DNA from: the human T2T-CHM13v2.0 reference genome, Homo sapiens
Assembly (NCBI RefSeq): GCF_009914755.1
Contig: NC_060925.1
Strand: one strand, 5' to 3'
Length of the DNA: 64,000 bases
A model generated the notes under the pieces. The model was not told the origin of the DNA. It did no database searches and worked only from the letters and a program-made list of their open reading frames with translations. The position numbers were made by a program, and so were the translations under genes. Below, piece by piece: positions 24,854 through 43,857 of this stretch; positions within the stretch are counted from its first letter, which is position 1, and each line of letters begins with the position of its first letter.

Positions 24854-25634
24854 TAGAAACACATTTCTCCATAGGGAATTGAACGCAGACTGTTAGAAGC
24901 ACCAAAACAAAATAAATTTACAACAACCCTGCAATGTTGAAACTCATTAACCCATTCAACAGACTTTTTGAGTGAATATTTTGTGAGACATTGGTGTTAG
25001 AAGCTGTAGGTGGGGAAACTGATTTGTGAATAAGTTGAGCAGTAGGTTCAAACTCCCCCAACTTGTTCCTTCAGAGCCAGGCTTTATCCTGTTATGTCGT
25101 GCTGCCCCATCAGGGAAGGTGGGGCTTGGTATGTACATTGTTATCTTTAGATACAAAAATCTCCTACTATCTGGGGAATGTGAATAACCTCCCTGAAGAA
25201 CAACTGCATCTTCTAGTCAGCCTACCACCAAGAAGACATTTTGGAACTTTAGTTTGGATAGTTTATAATATAAAAATAATGGAATTTTTTCCATTTCTCA
25301 TATAAGAAATTGTGTCATAATACTGGACAATCTTTTTCCAAACTATCTTTGTCCACACACATGTTGTTATGAATCATCGATTTAAAGAGTCAGTAGGGGC
25401 CGGGCGCGGTGGTTCAACCCTGTAATCCCAGCACTTTGGGAGGCCGAGGTGGGCGGATCACGCGGTCAAGAGATGGAGACCATCCTGGCCAACATGGTGA
25501 AACCCCGTCTCTACTAAAAATACAAAAGTTAGCTGGACGTGGTGGTCGCGCGCCTGTAGTCCCATCTACTCGGGAGGCGGAAGTTTCAGTGAGCCGAATG
25601 CACTCCAGCCTGACGACAGAGCGAGACTCCGTCT

Positions 25635-25665
<31 letters not shown>

Positions 25666-26097
25666 GGGTCAGTAGGTTAGAGCCTCATTTTGGAGAAAAG
25701 TTAATATATAGACCTATTGATAGAATGGAGAAAACAATACTGGTAGGTCTCACTTGTCATTTATTGAGCCCAAAGTGCTGGGATTACAGGCGTGAGCCAC
25801 GGCGCCCGGCCTGACACCACTGTTAAATTAGGGAGAAAGGGTTTACTTTCTACCAGAAAGGCTGTGTTTGAACACAAACGCAGAAGCCTCGCTCTTCATT
25901 CTAGCCTAAGTTTACTTTTGCGCACTTATTCTCCATATGAGGAAAACAGCAAGTAGCCCAATTTCCGCTTCAGGAAGTTAAAGACATTAACTTGGCAGAA
26001 ATCGGCCGGGCGCGGTGGCTCACGCCTGTAATCCCAGCACTTTGGAAGGCTGAGGCGGGCGGATCACGAGGCCAGGAGATCGAGACCATCCTGGCTA

Positions 26098-26319
<222 letters not shown>

Positions 26320-26379
26320 CTAGCTAATAGGTTTAGCCTGGGAAATAGAAAGCAAGGAAATTGCTCAGGGAAACTTTTC

Positions 26380-26790
26380 GGTTCTGCGACGCATGCGTTC
26401 AGCCTCCAAGAAAGTGGCAAATACGGCTGCGCGAATTGGCGGCCCGGCCCTCCTTGGTCACGTGTTGGGAGACAGCGGCGTGGCGGCGGCGGTGGCGGTA
26501 GCGACGGCACGCCGTAGGGCGGTCAGAAGGTTTCCGGTTCCGGTGTAACGTTCGGGCTCCGTCTCAGGGGCTGAAGTTTGTGAGGTGAGTAGTGGCCCCG
26601 GGCCCACAGAGGGTAATTCCAGTCCGCGCCACTGTGGCCGGGGACTCAGTCCAAGGGGAGGACCGAAGCGGGAGGGTTCAGCGGGAAGGAGTGTGAAAGG
26701 AGTACCTGGTTTGGTGGGAGAAGAGGTTGGAATGAGATTGTTGAGAGGAAAAGGGCGGGGGCGGGAAGGAGACCGGGTTGGGAGACCAGC
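26380..26790 (+). promoter_or_regulatory. PRPF3: CpG-island, TATA-less promoter of PRPF3
   Basis: CpG/GC-rich non-repeat DNA. NRF1-like palindrome ACGCATGCGT 26389-26398; abutting E2F-like GCGCGAA/TTGGCGG 26429-26442; E-box GTCACGTG 26457-26464; tandem ETS TTCCGG-TTCCGG 26532-26543; GC boxes around 26753-26765. Confidence 0.85.
26470..26584 (+). other. PRPF3: PRPF3 non-coding exon 1 (5' UTR; start approximate)
   Basis: Lies within the CpG island and ends at a consensus donor GAG|GTGAGT (26584/26585); contains no ATG. Confidence 0.85.
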
Positions 26791-27209
26791 TCTGGGGTGA
26801 GGAGTTTAGGTAGAACAAGGTAGAGTAAGAGACTGGTTGGAGTGACGGAGAGAGTAAAAATGAAGATTAGCGGGGGAGTGGGGGGCTGCAGAGGGAAACT
26901 CAGGTTGTAGCAAACAAGAGCACGGAGTAAGGAATTCCTTCTGAAGACTGGATTTGGATTCTGCTGCCTGCTCATTGAGAGGAGAGATCATTGTACCTCG
27001 CTTTCCTTCCGCACCCCCACTACCCCCGCACCTCGCAGTTATTGTTGAGCATTTGATTAGTGACAAGGCTAATTACCGTTTGAAACTTTTTTATCCATTG
27101 GCTGTTTAGTTTGCACGTCATCTTATGGAGGTAACAGTGGCACCTCATTTATTGCTTTGGGCTTTCAAATTGCTTATACTTTCTAGCCTATCATTCAATT
27201 CTAGTGGAA

Positions 27210-27330
27210 TATAAGACCCGTTAAGGTGAGGACTCTTGTTAGTTTTGCTCACTGTTTTATGTATCCACCGCACCTAGTACATTGCTTGACACTTAGTAGT
27301 TACTCAATAAATATTTATTGAATGAATTAG
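27210..27330. mobile_element. L2 3' end fragment (others at about 5310-5430, 20100-20170)
   Basis: gcacctagtacattgcttgacacttagtagttactcaataaatatttattgaatgaat, the L2 terminal signature. Confidence 0.65.
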
Positions 27331-27817
27331 GATGTAAATATGGCAGTACTCATTTTGTAAGATGGTAAACTGTGGCTCCAAAGAATTACTTAACTTGCCC
27401 AAGGGCTTGTAAATGGTGGGGCTCAGTGTCCCAACTGTTTCTGTGTGAACTCTTGTTTTCACTTTCTGTGGCATCTGGATATGCCGCTTTTGTGCAATAC
27501 ATGTGTAATATGTAGAAATTGGTACGCTGTATGTCTACTCATTGTGGGGTAATAGAACCACCATAGAATTACTCACGTAACTTGTCACTGAGGCAGAAAA
27601 TCTTTCAGTCTTAGTTTCATCACTTCAATCTACTAGCTTCCTTTGGATATACCAAAAGTGAGTCTATTTGGCAGCAAGTCTTATAGACTCTAGTATAGAG
27701 GCTAAACTTACCAAGAATGTAGAAGTTAATCAGACTGGATTTTTTGGAGAAAAGATGTCTTAAAACATCTTGAAAGATGATTCCCAGATCTTTGATAAGT
27801 GGCACTGCTGGGAATAG

Positions 27818-28292
<475 letters not shown>

Positions 28293-28472
28293 TAAGTAGC
28301 TGGGATTACAGGTGCCCACCACCTCACCTGGCTAATTTTTGTATTTTTAGTAGAGACAGGTGCAGTGGGTCACGCCTGTAATCCCAGAACTTTCGGAGGT
28401 CAAGGTGGGCAGATCACTTGAGGTAAGGCATTACCTGGCCGATATGGTGAAACCGTGTCTTTATTAAAACTA

Positions 28473-28664
<192 letters not shown>

Positions 28665-28745
28665 TCATCAAGTCAGCTGATGGAGACCCTGTAGATTGAA
28701 CATGATAATTACCTGTATGCAGAATTCCCACTGGGATGAATATGA

Positions 28746-28994
<249 letters not shown>

Positions 28995-29013
28995 TGAACT
29001 CCTGACCTCGTGA

Positions 29014-29154
<141 letters not shown>

Positions 29155-29939
29155 TAAAAGAAGGGAATCCTACATAAGTCAGGGTTGGGTTAGGGAATGC
29201 CTGCCTGGAAGTAGGAAGAATGGAAAAGCTGGCCTCTGGATGGGCTTTTTTAGTTCTGTTTTAGTGTTACTAGGTTTGCAAGTCCTTGTTGATATGACAG
29301 GATCAAGAAAGAAGCTAGAACTAATTTCTCAGACTTAGCTTATTCACAGAGTTTGTTTATTCCGCAGATTTCATTGATCAACTTAAGAGTTAGAATTAAA
29401 AATCAAATGGGATCTCTTTCTGCTTTGAGATATGGTTCTTGGGGAAAATATTTGCCTTCAAATGAGTTGGAAAAACTTGTCTAGGGATTGAGAATAGGGC
29501 TGGGGAATGCATTCCTGATGTACTAACCATTTCCCTGGATCACTTTAGTCTTTTTTTTTTTTTTGAGAGAGAGTCTTGCTTTGTCGCCCAGGCTGGAGTG
29601 CAGTGGTGCGATTTTGACTTGTTGCAAGCTCTACCTCCCTGGTTATTCCCCTGCCTCAGCCTCCCAAGTAGCTGGGATTACAGGCACATGCCACCACGCC
29701 CAGCTAATTTTTTTGTATTTTTAGTAGAGGCAGGGTTTCACCATGTTGGCCAGACTGGTCTCGAACTCTTGACCCCAGGCAGTCCATCCACCTTGGCCTC
29801 CCAAAGTGCTGGGATTACAGGCATGAGCCACTGCACCCAGCCCACTTTAGTCTTTTCTTATTCTCTAACTTGTCTCTTTTTTTTTTTTTTTTAGGTGTAG
29901 TATTGAGTCCTGTTTGAGCTATTGTTCTCTTTTTCCTGA

Positions 29940-30179
<240 letters not shown>

Positions 30180-30662
30180 TAAAAAAATGGCAGGCCATAT
30201 TTTATTTTCACCTGTATTATAGTGAAAATAGGCTAAATAATAATTTGCTTTTTCTCTTAATTGCTTATTTTTTATGTTATTTATGATAGATTTTAAATCT
30301 TCGTTTGGCTACCATACTGAGTCACCTAAGTTAGATTTACTTAGGAAGTATGCTTAAGTCAGATAGGCATATTCAGATTCAGACTGAACATCTCAACATA
30401 CAAAAATCTTTATGAAATACATGAAAAAGCTTGAAGGAGGTAGATTTTGTTAATGGTAGGCTTCTACAACTTGCTATTTGGGAAAGGTGAGGGTGGTTAT
30501 TCATCTCAAACTTGATGTTCAAGGTAAACAGGTTGCTCTAACTGCACCACTTCCCACGCCAAAAAATTATAACTATTTTCACCTCACAGGGCAAGGTCAT
30601 TTAGTGTAAGAGAGATGGGAATCCTACAAAAAACTTAAAATTTGTTTCACTCCTGGGAATAA

Positions 30663-31004
<342 letters not shown>

Positions 31005-32558
31005 TAGACATTAGAGTAGGAGAGATGAATTAGTGTCATCACCATCTGAACTACCTCTAAGTTCATGGGTTGAAATATCCAAAGAAATAATTGGCAGCTT
31101 TGTCTTTTTTTAGATAACAGGAGTTTTGATTCTCATGTTTCTCCATATTTCCTTTTTTTCCTTCTTACTGTTACTTATAAACTGATTGCTCTAAGATTTT
31201 ATCTTTGATTTATTTGAGGCCTAATAAGTTGTTTTAGAATGTGACTCCACTGGTACCTGAGCTGTACACCTCATTGTTGCCTCTTTGTAGAGGTTTCTCT
31301 GCAATGCACTTGTAGATAGAATACCAAAAAATAACTATTATTTATTATATTCTTGAGAGCTTACCATTTGCTCTATGGCATATTGCTGGTCCTCTGCTGC
31401 CATGAGTGAAACACTTGGAGGAGTTGTCAGTACCCCCTTAACTACTACACTTTTTATTCTGTAGTTGCCGACTGATCCTGGCCTCTTTCAGTATTAGCAG
31501 TATCAAGTAGCCTATTTTTCTACTCATTTCCCAGTATCTCTCTTTAGGAGAAAAAAAAAAGTTCTGTGACTCCTATCAAACCTTCCAAAGTTCTTCTGAT
31601 ACCTTGGCTATCCCATTACTTTTCCTGAGGGAAAAGAGTGAATAAGTAATGTCTGCTTGGTCCCCTGGCCAGGCTATGGAACTAAAAAAAAAAAGCAGAG
31701 AGATTTGTGCCCTTTGTGTTTGGAGCATTGTAGGGTGGTCAGAGAAGGAGAGATAGTCCTTGCCTTAAAACAATTTGTAATTTGTCAGGCAGTGTGGCAT
31801 GTGCCTGTAATCCTAGCTACTTGGGAAGCTGAGGCAAGAGGATCTCTTGAGCCCAGGAGTTACAATTTAGAAGAGGCAGGGGTATCACAAAATATATATT
31901 CACGTATTATAAAATCTAAGTAGCAGTTTCATGTAAATTTTAGGGTTGGTTATAGAATTTCAGACCTATGTTGAATTTTGTTATATTTAAGGTGGAATGA
32001 TTGATCCACAGTATACACAGATCTGTACAGTGAAGATTATGTCACGATAGGGCATACTTCTTTTTTTTTTTCCTTTTTTTTTTTTTCAAGGGTGAGTCTC
32101 ACTCTGTCGCCCAGGCTGGAGTACAGTAGCGCAATCTTGACTCACTGCAACTTCCACCTCCCAGGTTCAAGTGATTCTCCTGCCTCAGCCTCCTGAGTAG
32201 CTGGGATTACAGGCACATGCCACCATGCCTGGCTAATTTTTGTATTTTTAGTAGAGACGGGGTTTCATCATGTTGATCAGGTTGGTCTCGAACTCCTGAC
32301 CTCAAGATCTGCTCGCCTCGGCCTCCCAAAGTGCTGGAATTACAGGCATGAGCCACTGCGCCTGGCCAGTAGGGCATACTTCTGTATGAGTGCTGAGGGC
32401 ATGCTGTGAATGAAGTGACTACATTGGGTGGGATTAATAAAAATGGCTTCTTGAAGGAGGTGTCTAGATAGCCTTGGGATACGGGTCCCATTTTTGGTCC
32501 ATTCAGGTCCCCACCCCACACAATATATTATGGGAGAGTCCTTTTTCTTGAACTGTAG

Positions 32559-32654
32559 GAGTTCCAGGAAGCGCTCGCCCCTGGCCGAGGATATGTCCTT
32601 GCAAAACACGAGCCCTCCTAGTGAAGAGGGGATGTCACCCAAAGCCTACCACCG
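32559..32654 (+). other. PRPF3: Candidate PTC-containing (poison) cassette exon in PRPF3 intron 3
   Basis: Acceptor ctttttcttgaactgtAG, donor CCG|GTGTGT; 96 nt with in-frame TAG at 32619-32621; locally GC/CpG-rich non-repeat DNA. Confidence 0.6.
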
Positions 32655-33321
32655 GTGTGTACATTTGCTTTTTCCCATTGTCCCTTCCAGTTGGCCACTC
32701 TCGGTCCTGTTAAATTCACCTTGCAAATTAGTCATCATATTTGAGTTTCCATTGTTTGATGAAAACAAAGTGTTAATGGGGATTACTGAAGAAGAAAGAG
32801 AAAGCCCCTGTCCTGGAAGAGCTTAGACTTAGTTGGGAAAACTATACTAACATTGAAATACTTAACACTTGGCAAACAGAATATCAACAATGTAATTTAA
32901 CCTAATATGAACCAAGCTCTTACACGCTAAGAGAATGTGAAACAAAAGTTTAATCAGAGTGGGATAGGTTATAATGAGGAAAACTTCTTGGAGGAGGTGA
33001 GTTTTAGGCAGGATTTGGAACAGGGGTTGTGGAAAAGTTGAGAGAAATCATTATAAATGTGAGCAGTAGCATTTGCAAAGACCTTGAGATGGGAACATTT
33101 ATAAGAACATGGGAATGAAATTTGTTTGACTGGATTAGGAGAATGTTGAAGTTGGGTGAGATGGAGAGTCTAGTAGACCCTGCTTCTGGCAGGTGGCTAT
33201 TTGCAAGGTTGTGTCATATTCCCCTGGGAATAGCCAGAAAATGCTGGTAGGGGCTAGGATAATTCTTCCCTTCTCCCCACGGGGAGGGATACAGCTTTTC
33301 TTTCATCTTGGGTTCCCTTAG

Positions 33322-33477
<156 letters not shown>

Positions 33478-33506
33478 TAGGGACTGGAAGCAAAGTGGTT
33501 TTGTGA

Positions 33507-33701
<195 letters not shown>

Positions 33702-34066
33702 TAGAGGCACCCACCACCAAGCCTGGCTAATTTTTGTATTTTTAGTAGAGATGGGGTTTCACCATGTTGGCCAGGCTGGTCTTGAACTCCTGATGTCAGG
33801 TGATGCACTCACCTTGGCCTCTCAGAGTGCTAGAATTACAGGAGCGAGCCACTGCGCCCGGCTAATTTTTTGTATTTCTTTTAGTAGAGACAGGGTTTCA
33901 CCATGTTGGGCAGGCTGGTCTTCAACTTCTGACCTCAGGTCATCTGCCCACCTTCGCCTCCCAGAGTGCTGGGATTATAGGCGTGAGCCAGCGTGCCTCG
34001 CCTTATTGTGATCTTGATTTGAATTAGTGTTTAGCATTTGGGGAAACTTTTTTTTTTTTTTTTTGA

Positions 34067-34159
<93 letters not shown>

Positions 34160-34901
34160 TAAGCCTCCGGAGTAGCTGGGACTACATGCGAACACCACTA
34201 CGCCTGGCTAATTTTTGTATTTTTAGTACAGATGGTATTTTGTCATGTTGGCCAGGCTGCTCTGGAACTCCTGGCCTCAAGTGATCTGCCACCTCAGCCG
34301 CCCAAATGGCTGGGATTACAGGTGTGAGCCACCATGCCAGGCCAGCATTTGGGAAAATTTTATTTCCTGCTTTATGTTTTAGCGTTCTTTGATTTGACCA
34401 GGAGTATTCTAGGTAAGGGTATTGAAATTGCCATTTACTGTGGCAAGCAAAGTGTGTTATGTACATTATTTGCCTAATTACCTATGTCGTTGAGTCATTG
34501 AGAAAATTAAATGAAATGATCAGAACTCATCTTAATGACAGAGGAGACTCTCCAAACATAATGCAAAGAAGATATAATCCACTGATAAATAATTTTAAGT
34601 TGACTTTATTTTTTTTTAACAGGAAGTATTTGTGTTTTTTCAATTGGCATTGTTAAATAATACCACATAAGTGTTTCTTTTACCATTTAATATTTGAGGG
34701 GGGTAATAGAACATATACAGAAATATGGGTGGGTGGATTTGCATATATGTGATATTTACAGAAGGAAAGAAATGGATTTTTTTTGTGTGTGTGTGTGAGA
34801 TGTTCTCTCTGTCACTCAGGCTGGAGCGCAGTGGTGCGATCTCGGTTCACTGCAGCCTCTGCCTCCCAGGTTCAAGTGATTCTCCTGCCTCAGCCTCCTA
34901 A

Positions 34902-35295
<394 letters not shown>

Positions 35296-35303
35296 TGAAA
35301 TGA

Positions 35304-35498
<195 letters not shown>

Positions 35499-37052
35499 TA
35501 GCTGGGACTACAGGTATGTACCACCATGCCCGACTAATTTTTTGTATTTTTAGTAGAGATGGGGTTTCACCATGTTAGCCAGGATGGTCTTGATCTCCTG
35601 ACCTCGTGATCCACCCGCCTCGGCCTCCCAAAGTGCTGGGATTACAGGCATGAGCCACCGTGCCAGGCCCAATGATGTTTTTTATGGAGAATGGGGATGG
35701 ACGTATTCACAACATATCCTTTTGTTATGTTTCTTTCTTTTTTTTTTTTTGAGACGGAGTCTCACTCTGTCGCCCAGAGTGGAGTGTAATGGCGCTATCT
35801 CGGCTCACTGCAACCTCCGCCTCCCGGGTTCAAGCTATTCTTCTGCCTCAGTCCCTTGAGTAGCTGGGATTACAGGCACGCGCCACCACGCCTAGCTAAT
35901 TTTTTTGTATGTTTAGTAGAGACGGGGTTTCACCATGTTGGTCAGGCTGGTCTCGAACTCCTGACCTCGTGATCCGCCCGGCTCGGCCTCCCAAAGTGCT
36001 GGGATTACAGACGTGAGCTGCCAGGCCCAGCCTGTAATTTTTCATTTTATTTTATTTTATTTTTTGAGACGGAGTCTCGCTCTTGCACTGTTGCCTAGGC
36101 TGGAGTGCAATGCCGTGATCTCAGCTCACTGCAACGTCCGCCTCCTGGGTTCCAGCAGTTCTCCTGCCTCAGCCTCCTGAGTAGCTGAGATTACAGAACG
36201 TGCATCACCATGTCCAGCTAATTTTTGTATTTTTAGTAGAGATGGGGTTTCACCCTGTTAGCCAGGATGGTCTCGATCTCCTGACCTCGTGATCCACCTG
36301 CCTCAGCCTCCCAAAGTATTGGGATTACAGGCGTGAGCCACCACGCCCAGCCCTGTAATTTTTAATTTTTTTATTTTCTTTCTTTCTTTACTTATTTAGA
36401 GATGGAGTCTCCCCCTGTTGTCCAGGCTGGAGTGCAGTGGCATGATCTTGGCTCACTGTAACCTCCACCTTCTGGATTCAAGCGCTTCTCCTGCCTCAGC
36501 CTCCTGAGTAGCTGGCATTACAGGCGCCCACCACCACACCCGGCTAATTTTTGTATTTTTACTAGAGACGGTGTTTCACCATGTTAGCCAGGCTGGTCTT
36601 CAGCTCCTGACCTCAAGTGATTCGCCCACCTCAGCCTCTCAAAGTGCTGGGATTACAGGCGTGAGCCACCATGCCTGACCCTTCCGTAATTTTTGAATTT
36701 TGAATATATCACCTATTCAAGAAAAAATGTTAAAGACAAATGTTTAAAAATATCTTGAAGCAGTTTAAGAACAGGTCTGTTTTGCAAAATGTAAGAGGAG
36801 TTGTTTGGCCATACCCTCAAAGCTTATCATTCTGAACTTCTTTAGGACAGAAGGGGTTTATAGAGACTAGGGAGCAGGTCTTTGCACCATCGTCTCTTGT
36901 TTCCCAAACTAGTAGTTCAAGTACTAATATCATGATTTTTTAAAAAAAATTAAGTATAGGCTGGGTGCGGTGGCTCACACCTGTAATCCCAGCACTTTGA
37001 GAGGCCGAGGTGGGCGGATCACGAGGTCAGGAGATCGAGACCATCCTGGCTA

Positions 37053-37304
<252 letters not shown>

Positions 37305-37670
37305 TTAAGTGGTTAACACTAGACCTATAAGGTAGGTACTGTTTTCTTCCCCCTTCTAGACACTTAGGAGGTTTAGAGACTAAGTTCCTTATCCAAGATA
37401 ACAAAGGCATTAAGTGGCAGAGTTAAGATTCAAACTCAGGTTTCTCTGACTCCAGAGTCTCAATCATCACACTATATTACTACCTAATATGCTAATCTTG
37501 CTTTAGGAACATGGGTTGAAAAATTCCAGTGCTCACTTATCTTGACTAAATTTTTTGCACTGTGGTGCAGGCAGAATGTGGTATAGTCATTCAAAACATT
37601 TTAAGTGTCTAGACCTGAGAGCCTTGTGGGTTTAAAAACCTGAATGGGAGAAGTAAGAAGGAGAAATTAA

Positions 37671-37859
<189 letters not shown>

Positions 37860-37914
37860 TAGAAGAGGTGACTACATGTTTCACTTCATAATCATCTGCT
37901 ACAGTCTACCATGA

Positions 37915-38217
<303 letters not shown>

Positions 38218-38357
38218 TGAGTGTCTATTTCATGGAATACCTTTTCATTTCTGAAGTTTGAGAAGCAATAAATACCTTTGAATGTTACTGATCTGGCTGG
38301 GCGCAGTGCCTCAGGCCTGTAATCGTAGCACTTTGGGAGGCTGAGGTAGGTGGATCA

Positions 38358-38573
<216 letters not shown>

Positions 38574-39951
38574 TCAAAGAAAACAACAAACAAAATATTA
38601 CTGATCCTCTTTTTCCACAGAACCTAGATCATTTCTCACAGTTTCATATTTCTTAGGTGTGATTGATTAACCAGTTGAATTTTTTCTCGTCTTCCCTGTT
38701 GGAGGGTTTATTATCTTCTTATGATTTATATAACTGAGATTAAGGTTATTCATCTAATGTTGGAGCTAGGAGTATAGCCAGGTTTCCTTCCTGGTTTCAA
38801 ACTCAGATTTATCCATTAAACCACATTGTGTGAGACTAGATCTGAGGTTCCTCTGCAACTGGTCAAAGATGTTACATTTTTTTTAGCATCTACAGTTGGT
38901 CTGGCATCCCATGAGTGACATAAGAATTCAGGGATAAGGAAAGATAGGATTATAAATTCATATAATTTATAAACTCATTTCATTTGGTTGTCCTGTATAC
39001 TGAAATACCCACTTTGATATTTTTAATCAAGATACTATTGGCAGGGCGCGGTGGCTCACACCTGTAATCCCAGCACTTTGGGAGGCCGAGACTGGCAGAT
39101 TGCTTGAGCTCAGGAGTTCAAGACCAGCCTAGGCAACATGGCAAAACCCCATCTCTCTAAAATATACAAAAATTAGCCAGGCATGGTAGAGCATGCGTGT
39201 AGTTCCAGCTACTTAGGAGGCTGAGGTGGGAGAATTTCTTTGGGCCTGGGAGGTTGAGGTTGCAATGAGCTGTGATTGTGCCACTGTACTTTAGCCTGGG
39301 CAGCAGAGTGAGACCATGTCTCAAAAAAAAAGATGGTATTGCTCACTGATGAGATTGTTCCCTAGAATTATTTTATTGTCCTTTTTGTTGTTGTTGTTGT
39401 TGAGAGGGAGTCTCACTCTGTCACCCAGGCTGGAGTGCAGTGATCTCGGCTCCCTGCAACCTCTGCCTCCCAGGTTCAGTAGCTGGGACTACAAGTGCCC
39501 GTCTAAATTTTGTATTTTTTGTAGAGATGGGGTTTCACTGTGTTGCCAAGGCTGGTCTTGAACTCCTGGGCTCAAGCCATCCACCCGCCTCAGCCTCCCA
39601 AAGTGCTGGGATTACAGTGTGAGCCACCACACCCGTCCATCCAAATAACTCTTATAGAGAAGGCACTGCAGCCTCAACTTCCTGGGCTCAAGTGATCCTC
39701 CTCAACCTCCTGAGTAGGTGGGACCACAGGTATATGCCACCGCACCCAGCTAATTTTAAATTTTTTGTTGAGATGCAGTCTCCTTGTGTTGGCCAGACTG
39801 GTCTTTAACTCCTGGGCTCAAGTGATCCCTCTGCCTTGGCCTCCCAAAATGCTGTGGTTCCAGGCTTGAGCCACCACGCCTGGCTTTATTTTGTTTTTTG
39901 CTTGCCTTAATGTTCCATACAGGATTTATTTCTTTGCGGGCTATTTTTCAG

Positions 39952-40258
39952 GAAGGTGGAGTTAAAAGACCAAACGAAACCTACACCACTGATCCTGGAT
40001 GAGCAAGGGCGCACTGTAGATGCAACAGGCAAGGAGATTGAGCTGACACACCGCATGCCTACTCTGAAAGCCAATATTCGTGCTGTGAAGAGGGAACAAT
40101 TCAAGCAACAACTAAAGGAAAAGCCATCAGAAGACATGGAATCCAATACCTTTTTTGACCCCCGAGTCTCCATTGCCCCTTCCCAGCGCCAGAGACGCAC
40201 TTTTAAATTCCATGACAAGGGCAAATTTGAGAAGATTGCTCAGCGATTACGGACAAAG
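39952..40258 (+). CDS. PRPF3: PRPF3 exon 7
   Basis: tttttcAG / AAG|GTATCT; (P)[46 protein letters not shown]...[11 protein letters not shown]; 307 nt, c.1035. Confidence 0.96.
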
Positions 40259-40367
40259 GTATCTGGCTTAGAGTATAACACAGAATTTGGAAAAAGTTAA
40301 GAAGCTGACAAGAAAACATTGTTAAATCTCTGTGTTCTAGGAAATTAGATAAATAGGTCATTTAAAG

Positions 40368-41466
<1,099 letters not shown>

Positions 41467-41558
41467 GTTTAAAGCAATGAATACTTTGAAAAATGTGCTG
41501 GACAATATGGCTCAAGCCTGTAATCCCAGCGCTTTGGGAGGCCGAGGTGGGTGGATCA

Positions 41559-41828
<270 letters not shown>

Positions 41829-42008
41829 TTACTTCCTAATTCGTTTCTACATAAGTGGAAATATTATGAAATTGAGTTTGAAAATTCTCCACATACAACT
41901 AAGTGGAGGGAAACAATTTGAAACATTCTGAGTGACTAAGGAAGGCTTGCCTGTAGTTAAAATTTAATGAGACAGTACACCTGGAGAGTTGAATTGATTG
42001 TATATTGA

Positions 42009-42299
<291 letters not shown>

Positions 42300-43001
42300 T
42301 GATCCTCCCGCCTCGGCCTCTCAAAGTGCTGGGATTACAGGCGTGAGCCACCACACCCGGCCATAAAATTCTATTTCTGCGTATTTACTGCAGGCATATA
42401 CTGTGGAGTGCAGGGAGGGGTTGAAGGTGAGATCTATGTATATGAACTAAATAAAGGATAAAATAAAGCAGAACAACTCCTTTCTAAGCTTTCAGAAATT
42501 ATGAACTTGTTGCGTTAGGTGTAAAGAGTTCAACGGGGAAGTGTTTTAAAATTTGGGATTCTTGGCCGAGGTGGGCGAATCACTAGGTCAGGAGATCGAG
42601 ACCATCCTGGCTAACATGGTGAAACCACTTCTCTACTAAAAATACAAAAAAATGAGCCGGGCGTGGTGATGGGCGCCTGTAGTCCCAGCTACTCGGGAGG
42701 CTGAGTCAGGAGAATGGCGTGAACCCGGGAGGTGGAGCTTACACTGCACTGCACTGCAGCCTGGGTGACAGAGTGAGACTCCGTCTCAAAAAAAAAAAAA
42801 AAAATATTTGGGATTCTGGCCGGGCACAGTGGCTCATGCCTGTAATCCCATCACTTTGGGAGGCCGAGGCGGGCAGATCACCTGAGGTCGGGAGTTTGAG
42901 ACCAGGCTGAGCAACGTGGAGAAACCCCATCTCTACTAAAAATACAAAATTAGCTGAGGGTGGTGGCACATGCCTGTAATCCCAGCTACTGAGGAGGCTT
43001 A

Positions 43002-43097
<96 letters not shown>

Positions 43098-43184
43098 TCA
43101 AAAAAAAAAAAAAATTGAGATTCTACACATTCTGTTTTCTATGACTCCAATTTATCTTTCTGTCTTGGATTATCTTGTTTTTAG

Positions 43185-43352
<168 letters not shown>

Positions 43353-43471
43353 TGAGTTTGTTTTAGTACCTTTTTAAAAAAACAGTTTTTAATCAGCTGA
43401 GTTTAAGACTCAAGTTAATACCTTTTAGTAAAGCTATGGTTTTAGTGGGAAGGATGGTACTCATTCATTAA

Positions 43472-43647
<176 letters not shown>

Positions 43648-43650
43648 TGA

Positions 43651-43857
<207 letters not shown>

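Noticed and set aside
25769-25811. Isolated ~43-bp antisense Alu 5' fragment near the promoter
   Set aside because: Most simply a deletion remnant; no TSD or functional signal is visible.
31238-31252. Possible 15-nt in-frame microexon (NVTPL) in intron 3
   Set aside because: The donor CTG|GTACCT is weak and the pyrimidine tract short; such AG...GT pairs are expected by chance.
32494-32826. 110-aa non-Alu ORF in intron 3
   Set aside because: Non-ATG start, no recognisable domain, and out of frame with exon 3 at the candidate acceptor; better explained by the GC-rich poison-exon candidate.
39907-40224. Minus-strand ORFs overlapping exons (also 13015-13278, 29891-30178, 50946-51290)
   Set aside because: Antisense shadows of real coding exons, with no independent promoter, splice or homology signal.
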